Translations under genes and position numbers: made by a program
The notes under the pieces: model-generated
The model's database searches: none
What the model was told of the DNA's origin: nothing
The model's input: only the letters and a program-made list of their open reading frames with translations
Shown: positions 1-7,423 of the stretch, piece by piece
How the letters are laid out: every line of letters begins with the position of its first letter
How positions within the stretch are numbered: the stretch's first letter is position 1
DNA from: a virus
Taxonomy: Duplodnaviria > Caudoviricetes
Reading direction: 5' to 3' (one strand)
Virus record (IMG/VR): IMGVR_UViG_3300012983_000001
Location: 1 to 64,000 of that record
Length of the DNA: 64,000 bases

Positions 1-53
1 ATCTTAAATGTGAAGTGCCTATTGAAGAGGGCCAAGTAGCAGCTTTGTATTAT

Positions 54-123
54 AGAATATTAGCTTAACGGTAAAGCACACGACTGATAATCGTGGTCAG
101 CAGTTCGACTCTGCTATGTTCTA
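54..123 (+). tRNA. tRNA-Ile (GAT)
   Basis: Cloverleaf: acceptor AGAATAT/ATGTTCT, anticodon arm CACGA-ctGATaa-TCGTG, T-loop TTCGACT; CCA not encoded. Confidence 0.9.
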
Positions 124-383
124 CTATTACAGGATACTGACTAATCCTGTATAACACAGAAATCCAAAGCTTGTGCGGATGAAGTGATAAGAGGAGCAAG
201 CCCAAATAACACTGATGGTTAATGTGTTCGCCTCTTTTTGAGCACGGGATGCAGAAAAGAATAGACATCTCTTAAAGTTTAGGTAAATAAACGGCTCAGG
301 TTAGTCACCTCTTAGTCAGAAACGATAGGTCTGAACGTTGAACGTAGTAGCGAAAGCGAACTGGAAGAGTAGTAGGACCGCTT

Positions 384-455
384 TGGGTATTAGCTCAATG
401 GTAGAGCACACGGCTGTTAACCGTGGGGTTGTTGGTTCGAGCCCAACATGCCCAG
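384..455 (+). tRNA. tRNA-Asn (GTT)
   Basis: Acceptor TGGGTAT/ATGCCCA, D arm GCTC/GAGC, CACGG-ctGTTaa-CCGTG, GTTGG-TTCGAGC-CCAAC. Confidence 0.95.
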
Positions 456-657
456 TTTGAATCCATACGGTCATATGATTGTTTGATGGTTCATATGTAA
501 ACACTCCAAACCCAGGTAACTGGGTTGCCAAAAACAAATCCTTAACGGTTTGTTCCAATAACAACTTCTAGTGTATAGACCTCTGTTTTCGGACATGTTC
601 GCACATCGCTATCAAGGTTTTTGCGTAGCTTAGGCTTTGGTAGCGAAAGAAAAACCT

Positions 658-729
658 GGCTCCATGGTCAAGCGGTAAAGACATTGCCCTTTCACGGCAG
701 TAACACGAGTTCGAATCTCGTTGGAGTCA
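658..729 (+). tRNA. tRNA-Glu (TTC)
   Basis: Acceptor GGCTCCA/TGGAGTC, TTGCC-ctTTCac-GGCAG, ACGAG-TTCGAAT-CTCGT. Confidence 0.95.
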
Positions 730-841
730 TTTGGAGAAGAGGTAGGTTGGCGGAAAGGGAAAGTTCCCGTATGTAAGCAGTAGGCCAGAACGCTTTGACG
801 GCAGTGCCTCAGCTAAAATCAGTTTTGCTTCTCCAATACAT

Positions 842-915
842 AGCGGGGTGGAGCAGTTCGGCAGCTCGTCAGGCTCATAACCTGAAGGTCGTGAGTTCAA
901 ATCTCACCCCCGCCT
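842..915 (+). tRNA. tRNA-Met (CAT), initiator type
   Basis: GCGGGGTGGAGCAGTTCGG start typical of Firmicute fMet tRNA, unpaired 1:72, TCAGG-ctCATaa-CCTGA, T-loop TTCAAAT. Confidence 0.9.
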
Positions 916-971
916 CTGGCTGAAATGCCTTTTACCTCATTTCTGTATGTATGGTCGAGGGACATACGGAG

Positions 972-998
972 ACAGCCCTAGCAAAGCGCTAGGGCTGT
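972..998 (+). terminator. Hairpin, probable intrinsic terminator after first tRNA group
   Basis: ACAGCCCTAGC...GCTAGGGCTGT followed by T-rich tract. Confidence 0.6.
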
Positions 999-1007
999 TG
1001 TTATTTC

Positions 1008-1036
1008 TTGACAATTTTGCTGTAATATGTTATACC
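1008..1036 (+). promoter_or_regulatory. sigmaA-type promoter for tRNA-Lys/HU
   Basis: TTGACA-17 nt-TATACC with extended -10 TG, directly upstream of tRNA-Lys. Confidence 0.6.
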
Positions 1037-1051
1037 GTAATTAGAATATTT

Positions 1052-1124
1052 GGGATATTAGCTCAGTCGGCAGAGCACATGACTTTTAATCATGGTGTCT
1101 GGGGTTCGAATCTCCAATGTCCCA
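1052..1124 (+). tRNA. tRNA-Lys (TTT)
   Basis: Acceptor GGGATAT/ATGTCCC, CATGA-ctTTTaa-TCATG, T-loop TTCGAAT. Confidence 0.95.
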
Positions 1125-1151
1125 CTACCTTAAAGAAAGGAGATTAAAACA

Positions 1152-1424
1152 ATGAACAAGGCAGAATTAGTTGATGCTATTATGGCTGTAACCAATGATA
1201 GCAAGAAGAACACCGAAGCTCATCTTAAGGCATTCATGGATGTTGTAAGTGCAGAGCTCGCAAAAGGCGGTAACGTACAGCTGATTGGTTTTGGTACATT
1301 CACTACAGCTAAGAGAGCTGAAAAGAATGGTATCAATCCTGCTACCAAGCAGCCTATGGTTATTCCAGCTACTGTTGTTCCTAAGTTTGTTCCTGGTAAG
1401 GCACTGAAGGAAGCAGTAAAGTAG
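1152..1424 (+). CDS. hup: HU family DNA-binding protein
   Basis: MNKAELVDAI...VQLIGFGTF...GINPATKQPMVIPA..VPKFVPGKALKEAVK; AAGGAG RBS. Confidence 0.97.
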   Translation: MNKAELVDAIMAVTNDSKKNTEAHLKAFMDVVSAELAKGGNVQLIGFGTFTTAKRAEKNGINPATKQPMVIPATVVPKFVPGKALKEAVK

Positions 1425-1443
1425 TCATTGATTGACGAACATG

Positions 1444-1483
1444 AGACAGGGCATATTTCATAAGATTTATGCCCTGTCTTTTT
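1444..1483 (+). terminator. Intrinsic terminator after hup
   Basis: AGACAGGGCATA/TATGCCCTGTCT stem then T run. Confidence 0.75.
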
Positions 1484-1506
1484 GTTTTACAGAAAGGAGT
1501 GTTGTT

Positions 1507-1977
1507 GTGGAAACACATGAAAAAATTGATTTATGTTCTAAGTTATTTATCCACTGGAGCATTAAAGCCAGAGAAGACGAAGATATGACCAAGCACGATG
1601 AAGAAGTTGCTGAGATATTTACTTCAAAGATTATCCTTAAGAAATTCGAGGTATTCGGTATCAACATTGTATTACCTGATGATTTGTTGCTGATACTGTA
1701 TCTTTGCGTAGAGGGAAACCCTGGACAATTTCAGATTGTCCTTAAGGAATTATTGAAAAACATCGCAGAGAAGAACGGTCCGATTCCTGCTGGTTATGTA
1801 ATTACTCCCGATGATTTTGTCCGTGCATTTCCATTGCACTTTCCTGTGATGTCAATTCCTGAGATAAACAAGAAATACGAGGCATTATGGGAAGACCAGA
1901 AATACGAAACACCGCTTGGTATTAGAAACAACAGATGTGATACCGTTGAGTGGTGGCAGGAAGTGATGGCAAAGTGA
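1507..1977 (+). CDS. Hypothetical protein
   Basis: GTG start after AAAGGAG; stop overlaps next gene. Confidence 0.75.
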   Translation: METHEKIDLCSKLFIHWSIKAREDEDMTKHDEEVAEIFTSKIILKKFEVFGINIVLPDDLLLILYLCVEGNPGQFQIVLKELLKNIAEKNGPIPAGYVITPDDFVRAFPLHFPVMSIPEINKKYEALWEDQKYETPLGIRNNRCDTVEWWQEVMAK

Positions 1978-2402
1978 ATGTAAAAGACTTTATTGCTCAG
2001 CATAATCATAAATGCTATTGTGAGATTGTTATTTCTCCCGATGGCGATATTGAATATGCTGAACCTAGCCATCTTTATAAACTTATTCGTATTACTGGCG
2101 AAACCAAAGATGCACTTAATGCTAAAATACCAGACAGAGCTGCCCCTATGGAGTGGCTTGTTGAGTATACTGGCTATTGTGTATGTTGGTACGATAGCTT
2201 TGTTCTCCCTAACGGGTATACAACGCATCAAATTCATTGTATTAAAGAACTTATGCGTGTTGGCATTATGTACTCATATATCGAAGGACCTATCACTTGT
2301 GAAAAAACTGTGTGTGAACTCTTAGCTAAATACGAGGAAACTGGAGACAGGTCTTATTATGAGCAAATACCAGAACGACAAACATTAGAATTATGGAGGT
2401 AA
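1974..2402 (+). CDS. Hypothetical protein
   Basis: GTGA start/stop overlap with previous ORF. Confidence 0.75.
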   Translation: MNVKDFIAQHNHKCYCEIVISPDGDIEYAEPSHLYKLIRITGETKDALNAKIPDRAAPMEWLVEYTGYCVCWYDSFVLPNGYTTHQIHCIKELMRVGIMYSYIEGPITCEKTVCELLAKYEETGDRSYYEQIPERQTLELWR

Positions 2403-2409
2403 ATATAGA

Positions 2410-2784
2410 ATGCCAGAATTGATTCAAGTATATGATTTGTTTAGAATGTTCAGTGGTACTCATTGTTACTGGCACAATACTTATTTAACATTCGTTTTTC
2501 AATATAAGGACTCTGAAATACACTTACATAGTACAGCATCTATAAGTCCTTTGCCGTATTACGATGAAAATGGTAATGACTTAGATGAATATCCGCGAGA
2601 TATAGAAAACGAAATCTACGGGTTACTTAAAGATTGTGCAATGCTTAAAGCAATGGATTTTCTTATAGATTCTGATAAATATTACATTGTATGTAATTTG
2701 TATCGTGTTGACGAAAAAATTTGGAAACGTATTTTAAAATTAGCAAACGAGAACCAATGTAAATACAAATTAAGAAGGAAGTGA
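2410..2784 (+). CDS. Hypothetical protein
   Basis: GGAGGT RBS, operon packing. Confidence 0.75.
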   Translation: MPELIQVYDLFRMFSGTHCYWHNTYLTFVFQYKDSEIHLHSTASISPLPYYDENGNDLDEYPRDIENEIYGLLKDCAMLKAMDFLIDSDKYYIVCNLYRVDEKIWKRILKLANENQCKYKLRRK

Positions 2785-2787
2785 CTT

Positions 2788-3138
2788 ATGCAGATACCAA
2801 AAGGCAAGAATTGTTGGACATGTCATTGGTGCTGGCTGGGTAGATGTATGCATGGGTGTAATTACGGTGCAGATGTATCTAGTATTACTCAGTGTAATGA
2901 GTATATTACTAGAGAAGACTATCAGAAGCTTAAGAAACCAATAACCCGTGACCGCGCTGTAGAATTATTGAATGCAGTACTTAATCATATGTCTGTAGCA
3001 GAACGCAACGATGACGTGATTAAGACATTGCTTAGTATTGGATTTACAGAAGATGAATTAGTAGTTGATTTCAACTTCTGCCGTGAAGATATTCAATCAA
3101 TTATTAAAGAAATGGAGGCTGAAAATGAAGATGCCTAA
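2788..3138 (+). CDS. Hypothetical protein with N-terminal Cys cluster
   Basis: CWTCHWC...C motif, AAGGAAG RBS. Confidence 0.75.
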   Translation: MQIPKGKNCWTCHWCWLGRCMHGCNYGADVSSITQCNEYITREDYQKLKKPITRDRAVELLNAVLNHMSVAERNDDVIKTLLSIGFTEDELVVDFNFCREDIQSIIKEMEAENEDA

Positions 3139-3232
3139 AAAACCTAACAGCAATCAAACAGATTGGGGCGAAGTCATTATGGTTGTTTCAATGTTTGCTA
3201 CTTTAGCCTTAATTATTATTTTTGGTACATAG
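3125..3232 (+). CDS. Small membrane peptide (35 aa)
   Basis: GGAGG RBS; MKMPKKPNSNQTDWGEVIMVVSMFATLALIIIFGT, one hydrophobic helix; below ORF-track cutoff. Confidence 0.55.
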   Translation: MKMPKKPNSNQTDWGEVIMVVSMFATLALIIIFGT

Positions 3233-3244
3233 GAGGTAAACCAA

Positions 3245-3751
3245 ATGGCAATCATAGGCGAATGGATTCCGCAATGTGGATTCAAATCTAAAGCTGATGC
3301 TCATAAAGTAGCATTAGAACTTGAAAGTATCGGGTATAGCAATGGTACCGATGAATTCAATACACAGGAGATTGTAGACTTTGCTCGTAACAATCCTACC
3401 TGTGAAATGTATAACTTATTTGAATGGAACGATACTATTGCCGCTGAAGCTCACCGAAATGAGCAGGCAAGAGACATACTTCGTTTTCTTAAGATTACAG
3501 TAGTCAAACAGGAAGAAGATACTGTTTCTATGCAACCAACTGTCGTGCGATACTTTGTTAATACAGGTAAACGAGATGGTACATATAAGAAAACCGAAGT
3601 AATCTTTCAGAATGCTAGTGAAGCAGACAGAATTATGGAAGGAATGAAGCGTGATGCTGAGAATTTTATTAATAGATATCAGATTTATGCTCATCTTAAT
3701 CCAAATATTCCAGCTGCAATCCAGGCATTACAGGCAGTAATTAATCCTTAA
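3245..3751 (+). CDS. Phage protein, putative accessory protein of the RAMP/RNA-array locus
   Basis: AGGAGG RBS; motif IVDFAR..P...Y.LFEWNDTIAAEAHR.EQAR.ILR; stop lies 5 nt before the array. Confidence 0.8.
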   Translation: MAIIGEWIPQCGFKSKADAHKVALELESIGYSNGTDEFNTQEIVDFARNNPTCEMYNLFEWNDTIAAEAHRNEQARDILRFLKITVVKQEEDTVSMQPTVVRYFVNTGKRDGTYKKTEVIFQNASEADRIMEGMKRDAENFINRYQIYAHLNPNIPAAIQALQAVINP

Positions 3752-3755
3752 TATA

Positions 3756-4620
3756 TAATCTTACCGTAGATATATTGGCTTTAATGGTCAATGAGAAGAA
3801 TGCAACAAAGGTCAGAATATGACAGGACAGTGCAGCGTATATCATTACATCATATTTCAAATGGCTTTTAGAGCCTTTATATCTGCGGTAAGATTACTGC
3901 GAGTACAATATAGGATAGAATTGCTCATATCAGACCATATCAGTAGAATGCAGAATAACAGAAAATACTACAATACAAGTCTTTTATTCTTTTACATGCA
4001 TATTGGCTTTATGGCTAATAACCACACTACAAGTTCGAACAGGACAGAACATTTCAGAAACACGAGACCTGAGAACAGAATAGCGTATATCAAAGGCTTT
4101 AGAGTCAATATTCATGTAAAAGAGGACAGGACAACTCAGTGCATTTCTACCACAACAAATGACAATTTATATCATGATAAGACAGAGGGGCGGTTAAATT
4201 ACCGCCCTATTTTTATAAGCATAAATATTGGCTTTAATTAGTCAATAAAATAGTACAGAACAGGTCAGGATACGTCAGCAAAAAAACAGCTAATCTCACT
4301 ACAACACAGCGTATTGCATAAGTTAACAGGACAGTATAGCACAAAGTACCAAATAACAATACATAGGCTCATTAGAGCCTTTATTTATGCTTATAAATTT
4401 AGTGGGGCTAACGCCCCACTAATGATTATGAATACATATATTGGCTTTAATTGGTCAATAAGAACAGGATAGCTTAGGAGAAGTCAAAACAGTTCTCAAT
4501 ACAGCTTACGTCCGAACATTACATATCAAATGGCTCTTAGAGCCTTTATATGTGTTCATAAACACAAGCACAAAGACAGCAGAATACATGTCAGTGCAAC
4601 GTAGGACATTACAAAACAAA
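3756..4620 (+). ncRNA. Array of structured RNA cassettes with 5-nt periodic (NN + D-Y-A) tracts; putative guide RNAs
   Basis: Four cassettes (3756-3896, 3988-4123, 4212-4397, 4426-4561), each with a long outer inverted repeat, a 5' hairpin ATTGGCTTTA..RGYYAAT and a 3' hairpin GGCTY.TTAGAGYC; pentamer tracts inside and between them; G-U pairs support + strand. Confidence 0.85.
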
Positions 4621-4661
4621 ATCCTACTAAAGTAAGTAGGTAGAAAGTGAGGACACACATT

Positions 4662-5348
4662 ATGGCAGCTAAGAAAGCTCAGACAAGTGCAAACCCAGAA
4701 GTACAGGTAGTAGAAACTGAATTACAGAATAAGATTCGTTTTGCTACAGCAACAATCACCATTCAGGGGGATAGTGATTTAATTCTTAACAAAATGAGAG
4801 ACAGTACAACTCAGCAGCTCGCAGATAAGCAGGAGGGCAAGGTTCAGGGTACCAAGGCTCCTGTAAACATGTATGAGCATCTTGTTGGTTCCATCCACTG
4901 GTTAAAGGGCGAGGAAACCAACTATACCGAAGAAGGCTGGAGAAACGCATTAGCAAACAATGTTCCAGGTTATCCGTCTTCTGGTTTAAAGAAAGCTCTG
5001 TGTGATGCAGTTGTTCGTGTACTGGGCGAAACATACAGTACAAAGTTTAATGCAAATATGCAGATTCTTGACAGTTTCCTGCCGATTACATTCGCAGCGA
5101 GTACATATGACAAGTCTCTGTTTAGCCCGCAGAAGGGTAGCCCTGTTCTTTGTTACAGAAATGTATTTAAGGACTGGGAAACAACGTTTACTATTAAGTA
5201 TATTCCAGACAACTATTCTTTAGACCAGATTCTGGAAGTTATCAACTGTGCAGGTTTTGCATGTGGTATCGGTAGTCATAGACCATCCAGTAAGGGTGGT
5301 TCTAACGGCATGTTCCATGTTGCAAAAGTTGTAGAGATGGCTGCATAA
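4662..5348 (+). CDS. Stand-alone RAMP / Cas7-like protein
   Basis: N-terminal strand TITIQGDSDLILNK, PGYPSSGLKKAL (cf. RAMP P.IPGSSLKGAL), C-terminal Gly-rich loop AGFACGIGSHRPSSKGGSNGMFHV; ATG at 4662 after GAGG. Confidence 0.8.
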   Translation: MAAKKAQTSANPEVQVVETELQNKIRFATATITIQGDSDLILNKMRDSTTQQLADKQEGKVQGTKAPVNMYEHLVGSIHWLKGEETNYTEEGWRNALANNVPGYPSSGLKKALCDAVVRVLGETYSTKFNANMQILDSFLPITFAASTYDKSLFSPQKGSPVLCYRNVFKDWETTFTIKYIPDNYSLDQILEVINCAGFACGIGSHRPSSKGGSNGMFHVAKVVEMAA

Positions 5349-5360
5349 GGAGGGATTATT

Positions 5361-5810
5361 TTGATTACTAAAGTTCAGCCATATGAAAAACTGGTGGACT
5401 ATGTAAAACAGAATCCCCAGAAAGGACAATTGATTCCACATGTAGATATCGAGCAGATTATCGGCATACCTTATCGTAAAGCGTGTGGATGCTTAAATGG
5501 TAAGTATTCTCGTGAGGTTGCAAAAGCAATCGAGAAACTCACCTCTATGGCATTAAGATTAGACCCAATTCAGGGCTATGGTTATCGTATTCTTGAAGAT
5601 AACCAATATGTCGACGTCATGGGAAGACTGTATAATACCAGTATAACATTCATGGAAAAGGCAAGATTTGTTGCCGATGGTGCTGATGTATCTAATTTGT
5701 CAGCACAAGATTTAAAGAACTTTAACGATGTTTACAATCGTATTGTAAGTGCTCAGACAGCCTTACATAGAATTCCGAAACCAGTAGCGACTCTTAAGAG
5801 TACACCATAA
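5361..5810 (+). CDS. Phage protein, possible winged-helix; putative accessory protein of the RAMP locus
   Basis: AAGGAGG RBS 12 nt after RAMP stop; helical N-terminus and wing-like LDPIQGYGYRIL. Confidence 0.7.
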   Translation: MITKVQPYEKLVDYVKQNPQKGQLIPHVDIEQIIGIPYRKACGCLNGKYSREVAKAIEKLTSMALRLDPIQGYGYRILEDNQYVDVMGRLYNTSITFMEKARFVADGADVSNLSAQDLKNFNDVYNRIVSAQTALHRIPKPVATLKSTP

Positions 5811-5819
5811 GGAGGACAT

Positions 5820-6287
5820 ATGGCTATTACAACAAAGTACAATTACGATGGCACTGTGGATTTACTGAAGAAGGTTGCAGATACCACACAGATTATCACC
5901 AGAGCTGAATTAATGCAGATTTTATGTGGACACATAGTAACGGACAGAGCAGAAGTCACACGTTTCTTGTCTGCCGTACATACGCTGAGAACAGGTAGGC
6001 TGAAAAAGGCAGGTATCGGCATCGAAGCAATCACAGTTGGCAAAAAGCAGGCCAAAGGAGAGGTTGCTGATTACAAAGTATATTATCTTCAGGCTACCAC
6101 CAAGCCTGTTAAGGTAGACAACAATATACATGCCCTGGAGAAAGACAATCAGAGATTGTTCTTAGAACTGGAAGAGCTCAAAAAGAATTATGATATTCTG
6201 GAGCGTGAATACCGTGAAACAGTTCGTCGTGAAGCAAGCTACAAAGCATTGGTGCAGACTTATCATGCGTTAGCTATGGGAGTGTAG
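5820..6287 (+). CDS. Hypothetical protein with C-terminal coiled coil
   Basis: AAGGAGG RBS; heptad LEKDNQRLFLELEELKKNYDILE. Confidence 0.75.
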   Translation: MAITTKYNYDGTVDLLKKVADTTQIITRAELMQILCGHIVTDRAEVTRFLSAVHTLRTGRLKKAGIGIEAITVGKKQAKGEVADYKVYYLQATTKPVKVDNNIHALEKDNQRLFLELEELKKNYDILEREYRETVRREASYKALVQTYHALAMGV

Positions 6288-6295
6288 GAGGTAAT

Positions 6296-6619
6296 ATGCA
6301 GGAATTGCGTAAGGCAAATATGGAAGGTGTGTATTTCACAACAGCTTATGCAGACGAGTACGGACAAAAAGTTACAGCCTTCGTTACAGCTAATACTTAT
6401 CACGATAAGTTATATCATGCTGATTGCGTAGCAATGGAATATATGGTCGATGTGCCTTTCTACGAAACTGATGAAAAGGTTGCTCAAATTATATATAATG
6501 TACCAGGTGTAAAAGTTCTTGACGATGGCATTCTTGAGCCAGTAAATACCACATTAAAACGGGCTATTTCTAAAGCATTGCAAAAAGAAAACTTTGTGTT
6601 TGCTGAAATTTACATTTAA
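6296..6619 (+). CDS. Hypothetical protein
   Basis: AGGAGG RBS. Confidence 0.75.
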   Translation: MQELRKANMEGVYFTTAYADEYGQKVTAFVTANTYHDKLYHADCVAMEYMVDVPFYETDEKVAQIIYNVPGVKVLDDGILEPVNTTLKRAISKALQKENFVFAEIYI

Positions 6620-6626
6620 ACTTTAT

Positions 6627-7080
6627 GGGAAGGAAAACCCTATAATAAACCGCTAAGATAGGGAAGACATTGCTAGTGGAACCCGCAGAACCCAAACTTA
6701 GAGCCGTATGGCACATGCAACAAAACAAAATAAGTGAACACTGGTCTCGCATATGAGGACCGTATGTCACCAGATTGCTGACTGGGCGTATAGTTAAACA
6801 GGATGATAGAGAAGGATACTCTGAAATAAACCGCTAAGACATTATCAGCCACGGACGCACCCATGCGTACAAATCCGTATGAAATATGACGTAGGCCAAG
6901 TTCACTTAGATGTAATAAAGAACTTAAGCGTGGGAACATATGTATATTTTTGAGAAGGAAAACTCGTTATCAAACCGCTAAGTGTTTTAGAAGACATGGT
7001 GAAAAAGCAGCGCATAGCCTCAACACCAAATGCTTCGGGAACGTTACTTGTTTTGCCTACCAGGCCCACTTAGATGTAAC
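6627..7080 (+). repeat. Three dispersed repeat units in a non-coding region; candidate ncRNA
   Basis: GRG-AAGGAWA(A)-CYC hairpin plus AAACCGCTAAG at 6647, 6828, 6972; each followed downstream by CTTAG (CACTTAGATGTAA twice). Confidence 0.7.
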
Positions 7081-7248
7081 CAGAAAAAGACCGATAAAAC
7101 CTAAACAAGTTATAGTTGGTAGTATACGTAGTGTCGGGTTAAAAGCAGAGATGAGACAAATCGACCATTCACTGTCTATTAGATAGGGATAAACGACGAG
7201 GAACTACAAGTACATAAGAGCGAGTGTGCGAGCCATAAGGCTACTAGG

Positions 7249-7280
7249 ACAGGGGATGTCATATGCTCCATCCCCTGTTT
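7249..7280 (+). terminator. Intrinsic terminator
   Basis: ACAGGGGATG/CATCCCCTGT stem then TTT. Confidence 0.7.
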
Positions 7281-7305
7281 ATCGCTGAAAATTCTGAAAA
7301 GAGCA

Positions 7306-7334
7306 TTGCAAATTTTACCGAAAGGTATTATAAT
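7306..7334 (+). promoter_or_regulatory. sigmaA-type promoter for second tRNA group
   Basis: TTGCAA-17 nt-TATAAT. Confidence 0.75.
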
Positions 7335-7347
7335 GCATTCATAACCT

Positions 7348-7419
7348 TGGGCTATCGCCAAGCGGCAAGGCACAGCACTTTGACTGCTGCATCCGTAAGT
7401 TCGAATCTTACTAGCCCAG
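7348..7419 (+). tRNA. tRNA-Gln (TTG)
   Basis: Acceptor TGGGCTA/TAGCCCA, CAGCA-ctTTGac-TGCTG, T-loop TTCGAAT. Confidence 0.95.
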
Positions 7420-7423
7420 CTAT

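Noticed and set aside
316-1147. Short ORFs over the first tRNA cluster and the 7538-7819 N-terminal extension of the membrane ORF
   Set aside because: They overlap clear tRNA genes and lack ribosome-binding sites.
3819-4241. 140-aa ORF across the periodic array
   Set aside because: No RBS, composition is a by-product of the pentamer repeats, and it crosses the RNA stems; treated as spurious.
3756-4620. Canonical CRISPR array or simple microsatellite
   Set aside because: There are no identical direct repeats with uniform spacers and no cas1/cas2. Pentamers differ at NN in nearly every unit, unlike slippage repeats.
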